Positions 31,701 to 47,490 of a stretch of 64,000 bases of DNA are shown here, piece by piece (position 1 is the first letter of the stretch; each line of letters begins with the position of its first letter). The position numbers were made by a program, and so were the translations under genes. The stretch is from Eledone cirrhosa (lineage: Eukaryota): NCBI GenBank assembly GCA_964016885.1, contig OZ024741.1, positions 303,614,001 through 303,678,000 on the forward strand. Direction: 5' to 3'. Under the pieces are notes generated by a model. That model was not told the DNA's origin, did not search any database, and saw nothing but the letters and a program-made list of their open reading frames with translations.

Positions 31701-34700
31701 TATCAACAACAACACAAACACAATCAACACCAACATCACTACCAACAACAATACAACCACAATCAACCCCAACATCACTACCAAATACAACACAACCACA
31801 ATCAACCCCAACATCACTACCTACAAAAATACAACCACAAACAACACCAACATGACTACCAACAACAACACAACCACAATCAACACAAACATCGCTAGCA
31901 ACAACAACACAACCACAATCAACACCAACATCACTACAACGACCAACACAACCACAATCAACACCAACATCACTACCAACACAACCACAATCAACACTAA
32001 CATCACTACAACCACCAACACAACCACAATCAACACCAACATCACTACCAGCAACAATACAACCACAATCAACACCAACATAACTACCAACAACAACACA
32101 ACCACAATCAATACCAACATCACTACCAACAACAACACAACCACAATCAACACCAACATTACTCCCAGCAACAATACAAACACAATCAACACCAACATCA
32201 CTACCAACAACAACACAACCACAATCAACACCAACATCACTACCAGTAACAACACAACCACAATCAACACAATCACCACTACCAGTAACAACACAACCAC
32301 AATCAACACCAACATCACTACCAACAACAACACAACCACAATAAACACCTACATCACTACCAACAACAATACAACCACAATCAACACCAACATCACTGCC
32401 AACAACAACACAACCACAATCAACACCAACATCACTACAACCACCAACACAACCACAATCAACAGCAACATCATTACCAACAACAATACAACCACGATCA
32501 ACACCAACATCACTACCAGCAACAACACAAACACAATCAACACCAACATCACTACCAACAACAACACAACCACAATCAACACCAACATCACTACCAGTAA
32601 CAACACAACCACAATCAACACAATCACCACTACCATTAACAACACAACCACAATCAACACCAACATCACTACCAACAACAACACAACCACAATCAACACC
32701 AACATCACTACCAGCAACAATACAACCACAATCAACACCAGCATCACTACAACCACCAACACAACCACAATCAGCACCAACATCACTACCAACAATAATA
32801 CAACCACAATCAACACCAACATCACTACAACCACCAACACAACCACAATCAGCACCAACAACAATACAACCACAATCAACACCAACATCACTACCAACAA
32901 CAACACAACCACAATCAACACCAACATAACTACTAGCATCAATACAACCACAATCAACACCAACATCACTACAACCACCAACACAACCACAATCAACACC
33001 AACATAACTACCAACAACAAGACACCCACAGTCAACACCAAAATAACTTCCAACAGCAACACAACCACAATGAACACCAACATCACTACCAACAACAACA
33101 CAACCACAATCAACACCAACATCACTACCAACAACAATACAACCACAATCAACATCAACATCACTACCAGCAACAATACAACCACAATCAACACCAACAT
33201 CACTACCAACAACACAACCACAATCAACACCAACATAACTACAACCTCCAACACAACCACAATCAACACCAACATCACTACCAGCAACAACACAACCACA
33301 ATCAACACCAACATCACTACCAACAACAACACAACCACAATCAACACCAACATCACTACCAACAACAATACAACCACAATCAACACCAACATCACTACCA
33401 ACAACAACACAACCACAATCAACACCAACATCACTACCAACAACATCACAACCACAATCAACACCAACATCACTACAACCACCAACACAACCGCAATTAA
33501 CACCAACATAACTACCAAAAACAACACAGCCACAATAAACACCTACATCACTACCAACAACAATACAACCACAATCAACACCAACATCACTGCCAACAAC
33601 AACACAACCACAATCAACACCAACATCACTACCAGCAACAATACAACAACCATCAACACCAACATCACTCCCAACAACAATACAACCACAATCAACACCA
33701 ACATTGCTACCAGCAACAATACAACAACAATCAACACCAACATCACTCCCAACAACAATACAACCACAATCAACACCAACATCACTACCAACAACAATAC
33801 AACCACATCAACTCCAACATCACTACCAACAACAACACAACCACGATCAACACCAACATCACTACCAACAACAACACAACCACAATCAACACCAACATCA
33901 CTACAACCACCAACACAACCAAAATCAACACCAACATCACTACAAACAACAATACAACCACAATCAACACCAACATCACTACCAACAACAACAAAACCAC
34001 AATCAACACCAACATCACTACCAGTAACAACACAACCACAATCAACACCAACATCACTACCAACAACAAGACAACCACAATCAACACCAACATCACTACC
34101 AACAACAATACAACCACAATCAATACCAACATCACTACCAACAACAATAAAACCACAATCAACACAAACATTACTACCAGCAACAATACAACCACAATCA
34201 ACACCAACATCACTACCAACAACAATACAACCACAATCAACACCAACATCACTACAAACAACAACACAACCACAATCAACACCAACATCACTACCAACAA
34301 CAAGACAACCACAATCAACACCAACATCACTACCAACAACAATACAACCACAATCAATACCAACATCACTACCAACAACAATAAAACCACAATCAACACA
34401 AACATTACTACCAGCAACAATACAACCACAATCAACACCAACATCACTACCAACAACAATACAACCACAATCAACACCAACATCACTACAAACAACAACA
34501 CAACCACAATCAACACCAACATCACGACCAACAACAATACAACCACAATCAACACCAACATAACTACCAGCAACAATACAACCACAATCAACACCAACAT
34601 CACTACCAACAACAATACAACCACAATCAACACCAACATCACTACAACCACCAACACAACCACAATCAACACCAACATTACTACCAACAACAACACAACC

Positions 34701-35800
34701 ACAATCAACACCAACATCACTACAACCACCAACACAACCACAATCAACACCAACATCACTACCAACAACAATACAACCACAATCAACACCAACATCACTA
34801 CCAACAACAATACAACCACAATCAACACCAACATCACTACCAACAACAATAAAACCACAATCAACACAAACATTACTACCAGCAACAATACAACCACAAT
34901 CAACACCAACATCACTGCAAACAACAACACAACCACAATCAACACCAACATCACTACCAGCAACAATACAACAACAATCAACACCAACATCACTACCAAC
35001 AACAATACAACCACAATCAACACCAACATCACTGCAAACAACAACACAACCACAATCAACACCAACATCACTACCAACAATAATACAACCACAATCAACA
35101 CCAACATTACTACCAACAACACAACCACAATCAGCACCAACATCACTACCAACAACAATACAACCACAATCAACACCAACATCACTACAACCACCAACAC
35201 AACCACAATCAACACCAACATCACTACCAGCAACAATACACCAACAATCAACACCAACATCACTCCCAACAACAATACAACCACAATCAACACCAACATC
35301 ACTACAAACAACAATACAACCACAATCAACACCAACATCACTACCAACAACAATACAACCACAGTCAACACCAACATCACTACAACCACCAACACAACCA
35401 CAATCAACACCAACATCACTACCAACAACAATACAACCACATCAACACCAACATAACTACAACCACCAACACAACCACAATCAACACCAATATCACTACC
35501 AACAACAATACAACCACAATCAACACCAACATCACTACAACCACCAACACAACCAAAATCAACACCAACATCACTACAAACAACAATACAACCACAATCA
35601 ACACCAACATCACTACAACCACCAACACAACCAAAATCAACACCAACATCACTACAAACAACAATACAACCACAATCAACACCAACATCACTACCAACAA
35701 CAACACAACCACAATCAACACCAACATCACTACCAACAACAACACAACCACAATCAGCACCAACATCACTACCAACAACAATACAACCAGAATCAACACC
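19800..35800. repeat. ~8-kb higher-order duplication with internal rearrangement
   Basis: GACACCCACAGTCAACACCAAAATAACTTCC at 20715 and 28839 (offset 8124). Identical ORFs 21167..21661 and 29291..29785. ACAAAATCCACAC at ~22761 and ~31118. ACCACATCAACTCC at 25883 and 33802 (offset 7919). Confidence 0.8.
23000..25660. repeat. Direct duplication with 1554-bp offset within array A
   Basis: Identical ORFs 23719..23991 and 25273..25545. The CTACACAACC variant at 23581 and 25135. Confidence 0.85.
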
Positions 35801-36674
35801 AACATCACTACCAACAACAATACAACCACATCAACACCAACATCAGTACCAGCAACACAACCACAATCAACACCAACATAACTACAACCTCCAACACAAC
35901 CACAATCAACACCAACATCACTGCCACCAAAAATACAACCACAATCAACACCAACATCACTACCAACAACACAACCACAATCAACACCAACATAACTACA
36001 ACCTCCAACACAACCACAATCAACACCAACATCACTAACAACAACACAACATCAATCAACACCAACATAACTACAAGCACCAACACAACCACAATCAACA
36101 CCAACATCACTACCAATAACAATACAACCACAATCAACACCAACATCACTACCAGCAACAAGACAACCACAATCAACACCAACATCACTACCAGTAACAA
36201 CACAACCACAATCAACACCAACATCACTACCAGTAATAACACAACCACAATCAACACCAACATCACTACCAACAACAACACAACCACAATCAACACCAAC
36301 ATCACTACCAGCAACAATACAACAACAATCAACACCAACATCACTCCCAACAACAATACAACCACAATCAACACCAACATTACTACCAGCAACAATACAA
36401 CCGAAATCAACACCAACATCACTACCAACAACAAAACCACAATCAACACCATCATAACTACAACCACCAACACAACCAAAATCAACACCAACATCACTAC
36501 TAACAACAACACAACATCAATCAACACCAACATAACTACAACCACCAACACAACCACAATCAACACCAACATCACTACCAACAACAATACAACCACATCA
36601 ACACCAACATAACTACAACCACCAACACAACCACAATCAACACCAATATCACTACGAACAACAACACAACCACA

Positions 36675-36830
36675 TCCACAAACAACAATACTACTTCCAG
36701 CAATAACACAACTACAGCAATAACACAACCATAAACAGTAATAACTCTAACATCATCATAGCACCATCAACACATCACAACAGCAACAACAACACAACCA
36801 ACGCAACTACCACCAATATACCAACATCAA
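36675..36830. repeat. Junction element J, copy 1 (followed by a single B-type unit)
   Basis: TCCACAAACAACAATACTACTTCCAGCAATAACACAACTACAGCAATAACACAACCATAAACAGTAATAACTCTAACATCATCATAGCACCATC breaks the 39-bp period and is followed by one ACCAATATACCAAC. Confidence 0.9.
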
Positions 36831-37855
36831 CAACACCAACAACAACAGAACCACAATCAACACCAACATCGCTACCAGCAACAATACAACCACAATCAAC
36901 ACCAAAATCACTACCAGCAACAATACAACCACAATCAACACCAACATCACTACCAGCAACAATACAACCACAATCAACACCAACTTAACTACCAACAACA
37001 ACACAACCACAATCACCACCAACATCACTACTAACAACAACACAACCACAATCAACACCAACATCAGTACCAGCAACACAACCACAATCAACACCAACAT
37101 AACTACAACCTCCAACACAACCACAATCAACACCAACATCACTGCCACCAAAAATACAACCACAATCAACACCAACATCACTACCAACAACACAACCACA
37201 ATCAACACCAACATAACTACAACCTCCAACACAACCACAATCAACACCAACATCACTACCAGCAACAATACAACCACAATCAACACCAACATCACTAACA
37301 ACAACACAACATCAATCAACACCAACATAACTACAACCACCAACACAAACACAATCAACACCAACATCACTACCAACAACAATACAACCACAATCAACAC
37401 CAACATCACTACCAGCAACAATACAACCACAATCAATACCAACATCACTACCAACAACAATACAACCTCAACAACACCAACGTCACTACCAAAAACACAA
37501 CCACAATCAACACAAACATCACTACAAGCAACAATACAACCACAATCAACACCAACATCACTACCAGCAACAATACAACCACAATCAACACCAACATCAC
37601 TACCAGCAACAATACAACCACAATCAACACCAACATAACTACTAACAACAACAAAACCAGAATCAACACCAACATCACTACCAGCAACAATACAACGACA
37701 ATCAACACCAACATAACTACAACCACCAACACAACCACAATCAACACCAACATCACTACCAACAACAATACAACCACATCAACACCAACATAACTACAAC
37801 CACCAACACAACCACAATCAACACCAATATCACTACGAACAACAACACAACCACA
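36831..37855. repeat. Type A 39-bp array, block 2
   Basis: 39/36-bp units of the same consensus between J1 and J2. Confidence 0.93.
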
Positions 37856-38011
37856 TCCACAAACAACAATACTACTTCCAGCAATAACACAACTACAGCA
37901 ATAACACAACCATAAACAGTAATAACTCTAACATCATCATAGCACCATCAACACATCACAACAGCAACAACAACACAACCAACGCAACTACCACCAATAT
38001 ACCAACATCAA
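37856..38011. repeat. Junction element J, copy 2 (followed by a single B-type unit)
   Basis: Same sequence as J1, offset 1181. Confidence 0.9.
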
Positions 38012-39150
38012 CAACACCAACAACAACAGAACCACAATCAACACCAACATCGCTACCAGCAACAATACAACCACAATCAACACCAAAATCACTACCAGCA
38101 ACAATACAACCACAATCAACACCAACATCACTACCAGCAACAATACAACCACAATCAACACCAACTTAACTACCAACAACAACACAACCACAATCACCAC
38201 CAACATCACTACTAACAACAACACAACCACAATCAACACCAACATCAGTACCAGCAACACAACCACAATCAACACCAACATAACTACAACCTCCAACACA
38301 ACCACAATCAACACCAACATCACTGCCACCAAAAATACAACCACAATCAACACCAACATCACTACCAACAACACAACCACAATCAACACCAACATAACTA
38401 CAACCTCCAACACAACCACAATCAACACCAACATCACTACCAGCAACAATACAACCACAATCAACACCAACATCACTAACAACAACACAACATCAATCAA
38501 CACCAACATAACTACAACCACCAACACAAACACAATCAACACCAACATCACTACCAACAACAATACAACCACAATCAACACCAACATCACTACCAGCAAC
38601 AATACAACCACAATCAATACCAACATCACTACCAACAACAATACAACCTCAACAACACCAACGTCACTACCAAAAACACAACCACAATCAACACAAACAT
38701 CACTACAAGCAACAATACAACCACAATCAACACCAACATCACTACCAGCAACAATACAACCACAATCAACACCAACATCACTACCAGCAACAATACAACC
38801 ACAATCAACACCAACATAACTACTAACAACAACAAAACCAGAATCAACACCAACATCACTACCAGCAACAATACAACGACAATCAACACCAACATAACTA
38901 CCAACAACACAACCACAATCAACACCAACATAACTACAACCACCAACACAACCAAAATCAACACCAACATCACTACTAACAACAACACAACATCAATTAA
39001 CATCAGCATAACTACAACCACGAACACAACTACAATCAACACCAACATCACTACCAACAACAATACAACCACACCAACACCAACATAACTACAACCACCA
39101 ACACAACCACAATCAACACCAATATCACTACGAACAACAACACAACCACA
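38012..39150. repeat. Type A 39-bp array, block 3
   Basis: 39/36-bp units of the same consensus between J2 and J3. Confidence 0.93.
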
Positions 39151-39285
39151 TCCACAAACAACAATACTACTTCCAGCAATAACACAACTACAGCAATAAC
39201 ACAACCATAAACAGTAATAACTCTAACATCATCATAGCACCATCAACACATCATCACAACACTAACAACAACACAACCAACACAA
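39151..39285. repeat. Junction element J, copy 3
   Basis: Same core as J1/J2, leading into a ~1-kb B block. Confidence 0.9.
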
Positions 39286-40320
39286 CTACCACCAATATAC
39301 CAACATCAACAACACTAACAACGACACAACTACTAGCAATATAACAACATTAACAACACATCTACTACCAATATACCAACACCAACAACACAACTTCTAC
39401 CAATATACCAACACCTCCAACACCAACAACAACACATCTACTACCAATATACCAACACCAACAACACTGACAACAACACAACTACTACCAATATACCAAC
39501 ACCAACAACACAACTACTACCAATATACCAACACCAACAACACAACTACTACCAACATACCAACACCAACAAAACAACTACTACCAATATACCAACATCA
39601 ACAACACTAAAAAGAACACAACTACTACCAATATACCAACATCAACAACACTAACAACAACACAACTACCACCAATATACCAACATTAACAACACTAACA
39701 ACAACACAACTACCACCAATATACCAACATTAACAACACTAACAACAACACAACTACCACCATTATACCAACATCAACAACACCAACGACAACACAACTA
39801 TCACCAATATACCAACGTCAACAACAGTACAACAACACAACTACCACCAATATACCAACACCAACAACACAACTACTACCAACATACCAACATCAACAAC
39901 ACCAACAACATCACAACTACCACCAATATACCAACACATATAACACAACTACTACCAATATACCAACACCAACAGCACAACTACTACCAATATACCAACA
40001 CCAACAACACAACAACTACCAATATACCAACACTAACAACAACACAACTACTACCAATATACCAACACCAACAACACTAACAACAACACATCTACTACCA
40101 ACATCAACAACACTAACAACAACACAACTACTACCAATATACCAACACCACCAACACCAACAACAACACAATTACCTCCAATATACCAACAACACCAACA
40201 ACAACACAACTACCACCAATATACAAACAACACCAACAACAACACAGCTACCACCAATATACCAACGACACAAACAACAACACAACTACCACCAATATAC
40301 CAAAACCAACAACACCAACA
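39286..40320. repeat. Type B repeat block 1 (core ACCAATATACCAAC; mainly 32- and 44-bp units)
   Basis: Units such as ACCAATATACCAACACCAACAACACAACTACT (32 bp) and ACCAATATACCAACATCAACAACACTAACAACAACACAACTACC (44 bp). No long ORF in the track. Confidence 0.93.
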
Positions 40321-43300
40321 ACAAGACAACCACAATTAACACCAACGTCACTACCAAGAATAATACAACCACAATCAACACCAACATCATTACCAACAAC
40401 AATACAACCACAATCAACACCAACATCACTGCAAACAAAAACACAACCACAATCAACACCAACATCACTACCAACAACAACACAACCACGATCAACACCA
40501 ACATCACTACCAGCAACAACACAACCACAATCAACACCAACATCACTGCCAACAACAACACAACCACAATCAACACCAACAACACTGCCAAGAACAACAC
40601 AACCACAATCAACACCAACATCACTGCCAACAACAACACAGCCACAATCAACACCAACATCACTACCAACAACAACACAACCACAATCAACACCAACATC
40701 ACTGCCAACAACAACACAACCCAAATCAACACAAACATCACTGCCAACAACAACACAGCCACAATCAACACCAACATCACTGCCAACAACAACACAACCA
40801 CAGTCAACACCATCATCACTACCAACAACAATACAACCACAATCAACACCAACATCACTACCAGCAACGATACAACCACAATCAACACCAACATCACTAC
40901 CAGCAACAATACAACCACAATCAACACCAACATAACTAACAACAACAACACAACCATAATCAACACCAACATCACTACAACCACCAACACAACCACAAAC
41001 AACACCAACATCACTAACAACGACAGCACAACCATAATCAACACCAACATCACTACAACCACCAACACAACCACAATCAACACCAACATCAATACCGACA
41101 ACAATACAACCACAATCAACGCCAACATAACTACCAACAACAACACAACCATAATCAACAGCAACATCACTATAACCACCAAGACAACCACAATCAACAC
41201 CAACATCACTACCAGCAACAATACAACCAAAATCAACATCACTAACAACAACAACACAACCACAATCAATACCAACATCACTACCAACAACAATACAACC
41301 ACAATCAACACCAATATCACTACCAACAACAATACAACCACAATCAAAACCAACATCACTACAACCACCAACACAACCACAATCAACACCAACATCACTA
41401 CCAGCAACGATACAACCACAATCAACACCAACATCACTACCAACAACAACACAACCACAATCAACACCAACATCACTACCAGCAACGATACAACCACAAT
41501 CAACACCAACATCACTACCAACAACAACACAACCACAATCAACACCAACATCACTACCAGCAACAATACAACCACAATCAACACCAACATCACTACCAAC
41601 AACAACACAACCGCAATCAACACCAACATCGCTACCAGCAACAATACAACCACAATCAACACCAACATCACTACCAACAACAACACAACCATAATCAACA
41701 CCAACATCACTACAACCACCAACACAACCACAAACAACACCAACATCACTACCAACGACAGCACAACCATAATCAACACCTACATCACTACAACCACCAA
41801 CACAACCACAATCAACACCAACATCAATACCAACAACGATACAACCACAATCAACGCCAACATAACTACCAACAACAACACAACCATAATCAACAGCAAC
41901 ATCACTACAGCCACCAAGACAACCACAATCAACACCAACATCACGACCAGCAACAATACAACCACAATCAACACCAACATCGCTACCAGCAACAATACAA
42001 CCACAAACAACACCAACATCGCTACCAACAACAACACAACCATAATCAACACCAACATCACTATCAACAACAACACAACCACAATCAACACCAACATCAC
42101 TACCAACAACAATACAACCACAATCAACACTAACATCACTACCAACAACAGCACAACCACAATCAACACCAACATCACTACCAACAACAATACAACCACA
42201 ATCAACACCAACATCACTATCAACAACAACACAACCACAATCAACACCAACATCACTACCAACAACAATACAACCACAATCAACACCAACATCACTACCA
42301 GCAACAATACAACCACAATCAACACCAATATCACTACCAGCAACAACACAACCACAATCAAAACCAACATCACTACAACCACCAACACAACCACAATCAA
42401 CACCAACATCACTACCAAGAACAACACAACCACAATCAACACCAACATCACTACCAGCAACAATACAAGCACAATCAACACCAACATCACTACCAGCAAC
42501 GATACAACCACAATCAACACCAACATAACTACCAACAACAACACAACCACAATCAACACCAACATCACTACCAACAACAACACAACCACAATCAACATCA
42601 ACATCACTACCAACAACAACACAACCACAATCAACACCAACATCGCTACCAGCAACAATACAACCACAATCAACACCAACATCACTACCAACAACAATAC
42701 AACCACAATCAACACTAACATCACTACCAACAACAGCACAACCACAATCAACACCAACATCACTACCAACAACAATACAACCACAATCAACACCAACATC
42801 ACTATCAACAACAACACAACCACAATCAACACCAACATCACTACCAACAACAATACAACCACAATCAACACCAATATCACTACCAGCAACAACACAACCA
42901 CAATCAAAACCAACATCACTACAACCACCAACACAACCACAATCAACACCAACATCACTACCAGCAACGATACAACCACAATCAACACCAACATCACTAC
43001 CAGCAACAATACAAGCACAATCAACACCAACATCACTTCCAGCAACAATACAACCACAATCAACACCAACATAACTACCAACAACAACACAACCACAATC
43101 AACACCAACATCACTACCAACAACAACACAACCACAATCAACATCAACATCACTACCAACAACAACACAACCACAATCAACACCAACATCACTACCAACA
43201 ACAACACAACCACAATCAACACCAACATCACTGCCAACAACAATACAACCAAAATCAACACAAACATCACTGCCAACAACAACACAGCCACAATCAACAC

Positions 43301-46300
43301 CAACATCACTGCCAACAACAACACAACCACAATCAACACCATCATCACTACCAACAACAATACAACCACAATCAACACCAACATCACTACCAACAACAAT
43401 ACAACCATAATCAACACCAACATCACTACCAACAACAACACAACCACAATCAACACCAACATCACTGCCAACAACAACACAACCAGAATCAACACCAACA
43501 TCACTGCCAACAACAACACAACCACAATCAACACCAAAATCACTGCCAACAACAACACAACCACAACAACACCAACATCACTGCCAACAACAACACAACC
43601 ACAATCAACATCCACATCACTGCCAACATCAACACAACCACAATAAACACCAACATCACTACCAACAACAACACAACCGCAATCAACACCAACATCGATA
43701 CCAGCAACAATACAACCACAATCAACACCAACATCACTACCAACATCACTACCAACAACAATACAACCACAATCAACACCAACATAACTACCAACAACAA
43801 CACAACCATAATCAACACCAAGATCACTACAACCACCAACACAACCACAATCAACGCCAACATAACTACCAACAACAACACAACCATAATCAACAGCAAC
43901 ATCACTACAACCACCAAGACAACCACAATCAACACCAACATCACTACCAACAACAACACAACCACAATCAACACCAACATCACTACCAACAACACAACCA
44001 CACTCAACACCAACATCACTGCCAACAACAACACAACCACAATCAACACCCACATCACTGCCAACATCAACACAACCACAATAAACACCAACATCACTAC
44101 CAACAACAACACAACCGCAATCAACACCAACATCACTACCAACAACAATACAACCACAATCAACACCAACATAACTACCAACAACAACACAACCATAATC
44201 AACACCAAGATCACTACAACCACCAACACAACCACAAACAACACCAACATCACTACCAACGACAGCACAACCATAATCAACACCAACATCACTACAACCA
44301 CCAACACAACCACAATCAACACCAACATCAATACCAACAACAACACAACCATAATCAACACCAAGATCACTACAACCACCAACACAACCACAATCAACAC
44401 CAACATAGCTACCAACAACAACACAACCATAATCAACAGCAACATCACTACAACCACCCAGACAACCACAATCAACACCAACATCACTACCAGCAACAAT
44501 ACAACCACAATCAACACCAGCATCGCTACCAACAACAATACAACCACAAACAACACCAACATCACTACCAACAACAATACAACCACAATCAACACCAACA
44601 TCACTACCAACAACAATACAACCACAATCAACACTAACATCGCTACCAACAACAACACAACCACAATCAACACCAACATCACTACCAACAAAAACACAAC
44701 CACAATCAACACCAACATCATTACCAACAACAATACAACCACAATCAACACCAACATCACTACCAACAACAACACAACCACATTCAATACCAACATCACT
44801 ATCAACAACAACACAACCACAATCAAAACCAACATCACTACCAACAACAATACAACCACAATCAACACCAACATCACTACCAACAACAGCACAACCACAA
44901 TCAACACCAACATCACTACCAGCAACAATACAACCACAATCAACACCAACATCACTACCAGCAACAATACAACCACAATCAACACCAACATCACTACCAA
45001 CAACAACACAACCACAATCAACACCAACATCACTACCAACAACAACACAACCACAATCAACACCAACATCACTACCAGCAACAATACAACCAAAATCAAC
45101 ACCAACATCACTACCAGCAACAATACAACCACTATCAACACCAATATCACTACCAGCAACAACACAACCACAATCAAAACCAACATCACTACAACCACCA
45201 ACACAAACACAATCAACACCAACATCACTACCAGCAACGATGCAACCACAATCAACACCAACATCACTACCAGCAACAATACAACCACAATCAACACCAA
45301 CATCACTACCAGCAACAATACAACCACAATCAACACCAACATCACTACCAACAACACAACCACAATCAACACCAACATAACTACAACCTCCAACACAATC
45401 ACAATCAACACCAACATCACTACCAGCAACAATACAACCACAATCAACACCAACATCACTAACAACAACACAACATCAATCAACACCAACATAACTACAA
45501 CCACCAACACAACCACAATCAACACCAACATCACTACCAACAACAATACAACCACAATCAACACCAACATCACTACCAGCAACAATACAACCACAATCAA
45601 CACGAACATCACTACCAGCAACAATACAACCACAATCAATACCAACATCACTACCAACAACAATACTACCACAATCAACAACAACATCACTACCAACAAC
45701 AATACAACCTCAACAACACCAACATCACTACCAAAAACACAACCACAATCAACACAAACATCACTACAAACAACAATACAACCACAATCAACACCAACAT
45801 CACTACCAGCAACAATACAACCATAATCAACACGAACATCACTACCTGCAACAATACAACCACAATCAATACCAACATCACTACCAACAACAATACTACC
45901 ACAATCAACAACAACATCACTACCAACAACAATACAACCTCAACAACACCAACATCACTACCAAAAACACAACCACAATCAACACAAACATCACTACAAA
46001 CAACAATACAACCACAATCAACACCAACATAACTACTAACAACAACAAAACCAGAATCAACACCAACATTACTACCAGCAACAATACAACCACAATCAAC
46101 ACCAACATCACTACCAACAACACAACCACAATCAACACCAACATAACTACAACCACCAACACAACCAAAATCAACACCAACATCACTACTAACAACAACA
46201 CAACATCAATCAACACCAGCATAACTACAACCACGAACACAACCACAATCAACACCAACATCACTACCAACAACAATACAACCATACCAACACCAACATA

Positions 46301-46363
46301 ACTACAACCACCAACACAACCACAATCAACACCAATATCACTACGAACAACAACACAACCACA
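40321..46363. repeat. Type A 39-bp array, block 4
   Basis: Same consensus with region-specific variants (ACTGCC, GACAGC, AACGCC, AGCAACGAT). Confidence 0.96.
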
Positions 46364-46498
46364 TCCACAAACAACAATACTACTTCCAGCAATAACACAA
46401 CTACAGCAATAACACAACCATAAACAGTAATAACTCTAACATCATCATAGCACCATCAACACATCATCACAACACCAACAACAACGCAACCAACACAA
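46364..46498. repeat. Junction element J, copy 4
   Basis: Near-identical to J3. Confidence 0.9.
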
Positions 46499-47490
46499 CT
46501 ACCACCAATATACCAACATCAACAACACTAACAACAACTCACCTACTAGCAATATAACAACATCAACAACACATCTACTACCAATATACCAACACCAACA
46601 ACACAACTACTACCAATATACCAACACCTCCAACACCAACAACAACACATCTACTACCAATATACCAACACCAACAACACTGACAACAACACAACTACTA
46701 CCAATATACCAACACCAACAACACAACTACTACCAATATACCAACACCAACAACACAACTACTACCTACATACCAACACCAACAAAACAACTACTACCAA
46801 TATACCAACATCAACAACACTAAAAAGAACACAACTACTACCAATATACCAACATCAACAACACTAACAACAACACAACTACCACCAATATACCAACATT
46901 AACAACACTAACAACAACACAACTACCACCATTATACCAACATCAACAACACCAACGACAACACAACTATCACCAATATACCAACATCAACAACACTACA
47001 ACAACACAACTACCACCAATATACCAACACCAACAACACAACTACTACCAACATACCAACATCAACAACACCAACAACATCACAACTACCACCAATATAC
47101 CAACACATATAACACAACTACTACCAATATACCAACACCAACAACACAACTACTACCAATATACCAACACCAACAACACAACAACTACCAATATACCAAC
47201 ACTAACAACAACACAACTACTACCAATATACCAACGCCAACAACACTAACAACAACACAACTACTACCAATATACCAACACCACCAACACCAACAACAAC
47301 ACAACTACCACCAATATACCTCCAACACCAACAACAACACAATTACCTCCAATATACCAACAACACCAACAACAACACAACTACCACCAATATACCAACA
47401 ACACCAACAACAACACAGCTACCACCAATATACCAACGACACAAACAACAACACAACTACCACCAATATACCAAAACCAACAACACCAAC
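46499..47490. repeat. Type B repeat block 2
   Basis: Near-copy of 39286-40320, including rare variants CACTGACAAC, TAAAAAGAAC and CATTATACC. Confidence 0.93.

Larger units (their letters stand above)
1..36674. repeat. Type A 39-bp minisatellite array, block 1 (runs off the left edge; roughly 940 units)
   Basis: Continuous head-to-tail copies of ACAACCACAATCAACACCAACATCACTACCAACAACAA(C/T) with point variants and occasional shorter units (18, 30, 33, 36, 38 bp). The 13-aa periodicity shows in every translated frame of the ORF track. Confidence 0.98.
36520..38880. repeat. 1181-bp tandem duplication containing junction element J
   Basis: Identical ORFs 36807..37460 and 37988..38641. J copies at 36675 and 37856. 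Confidence 0.92.
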
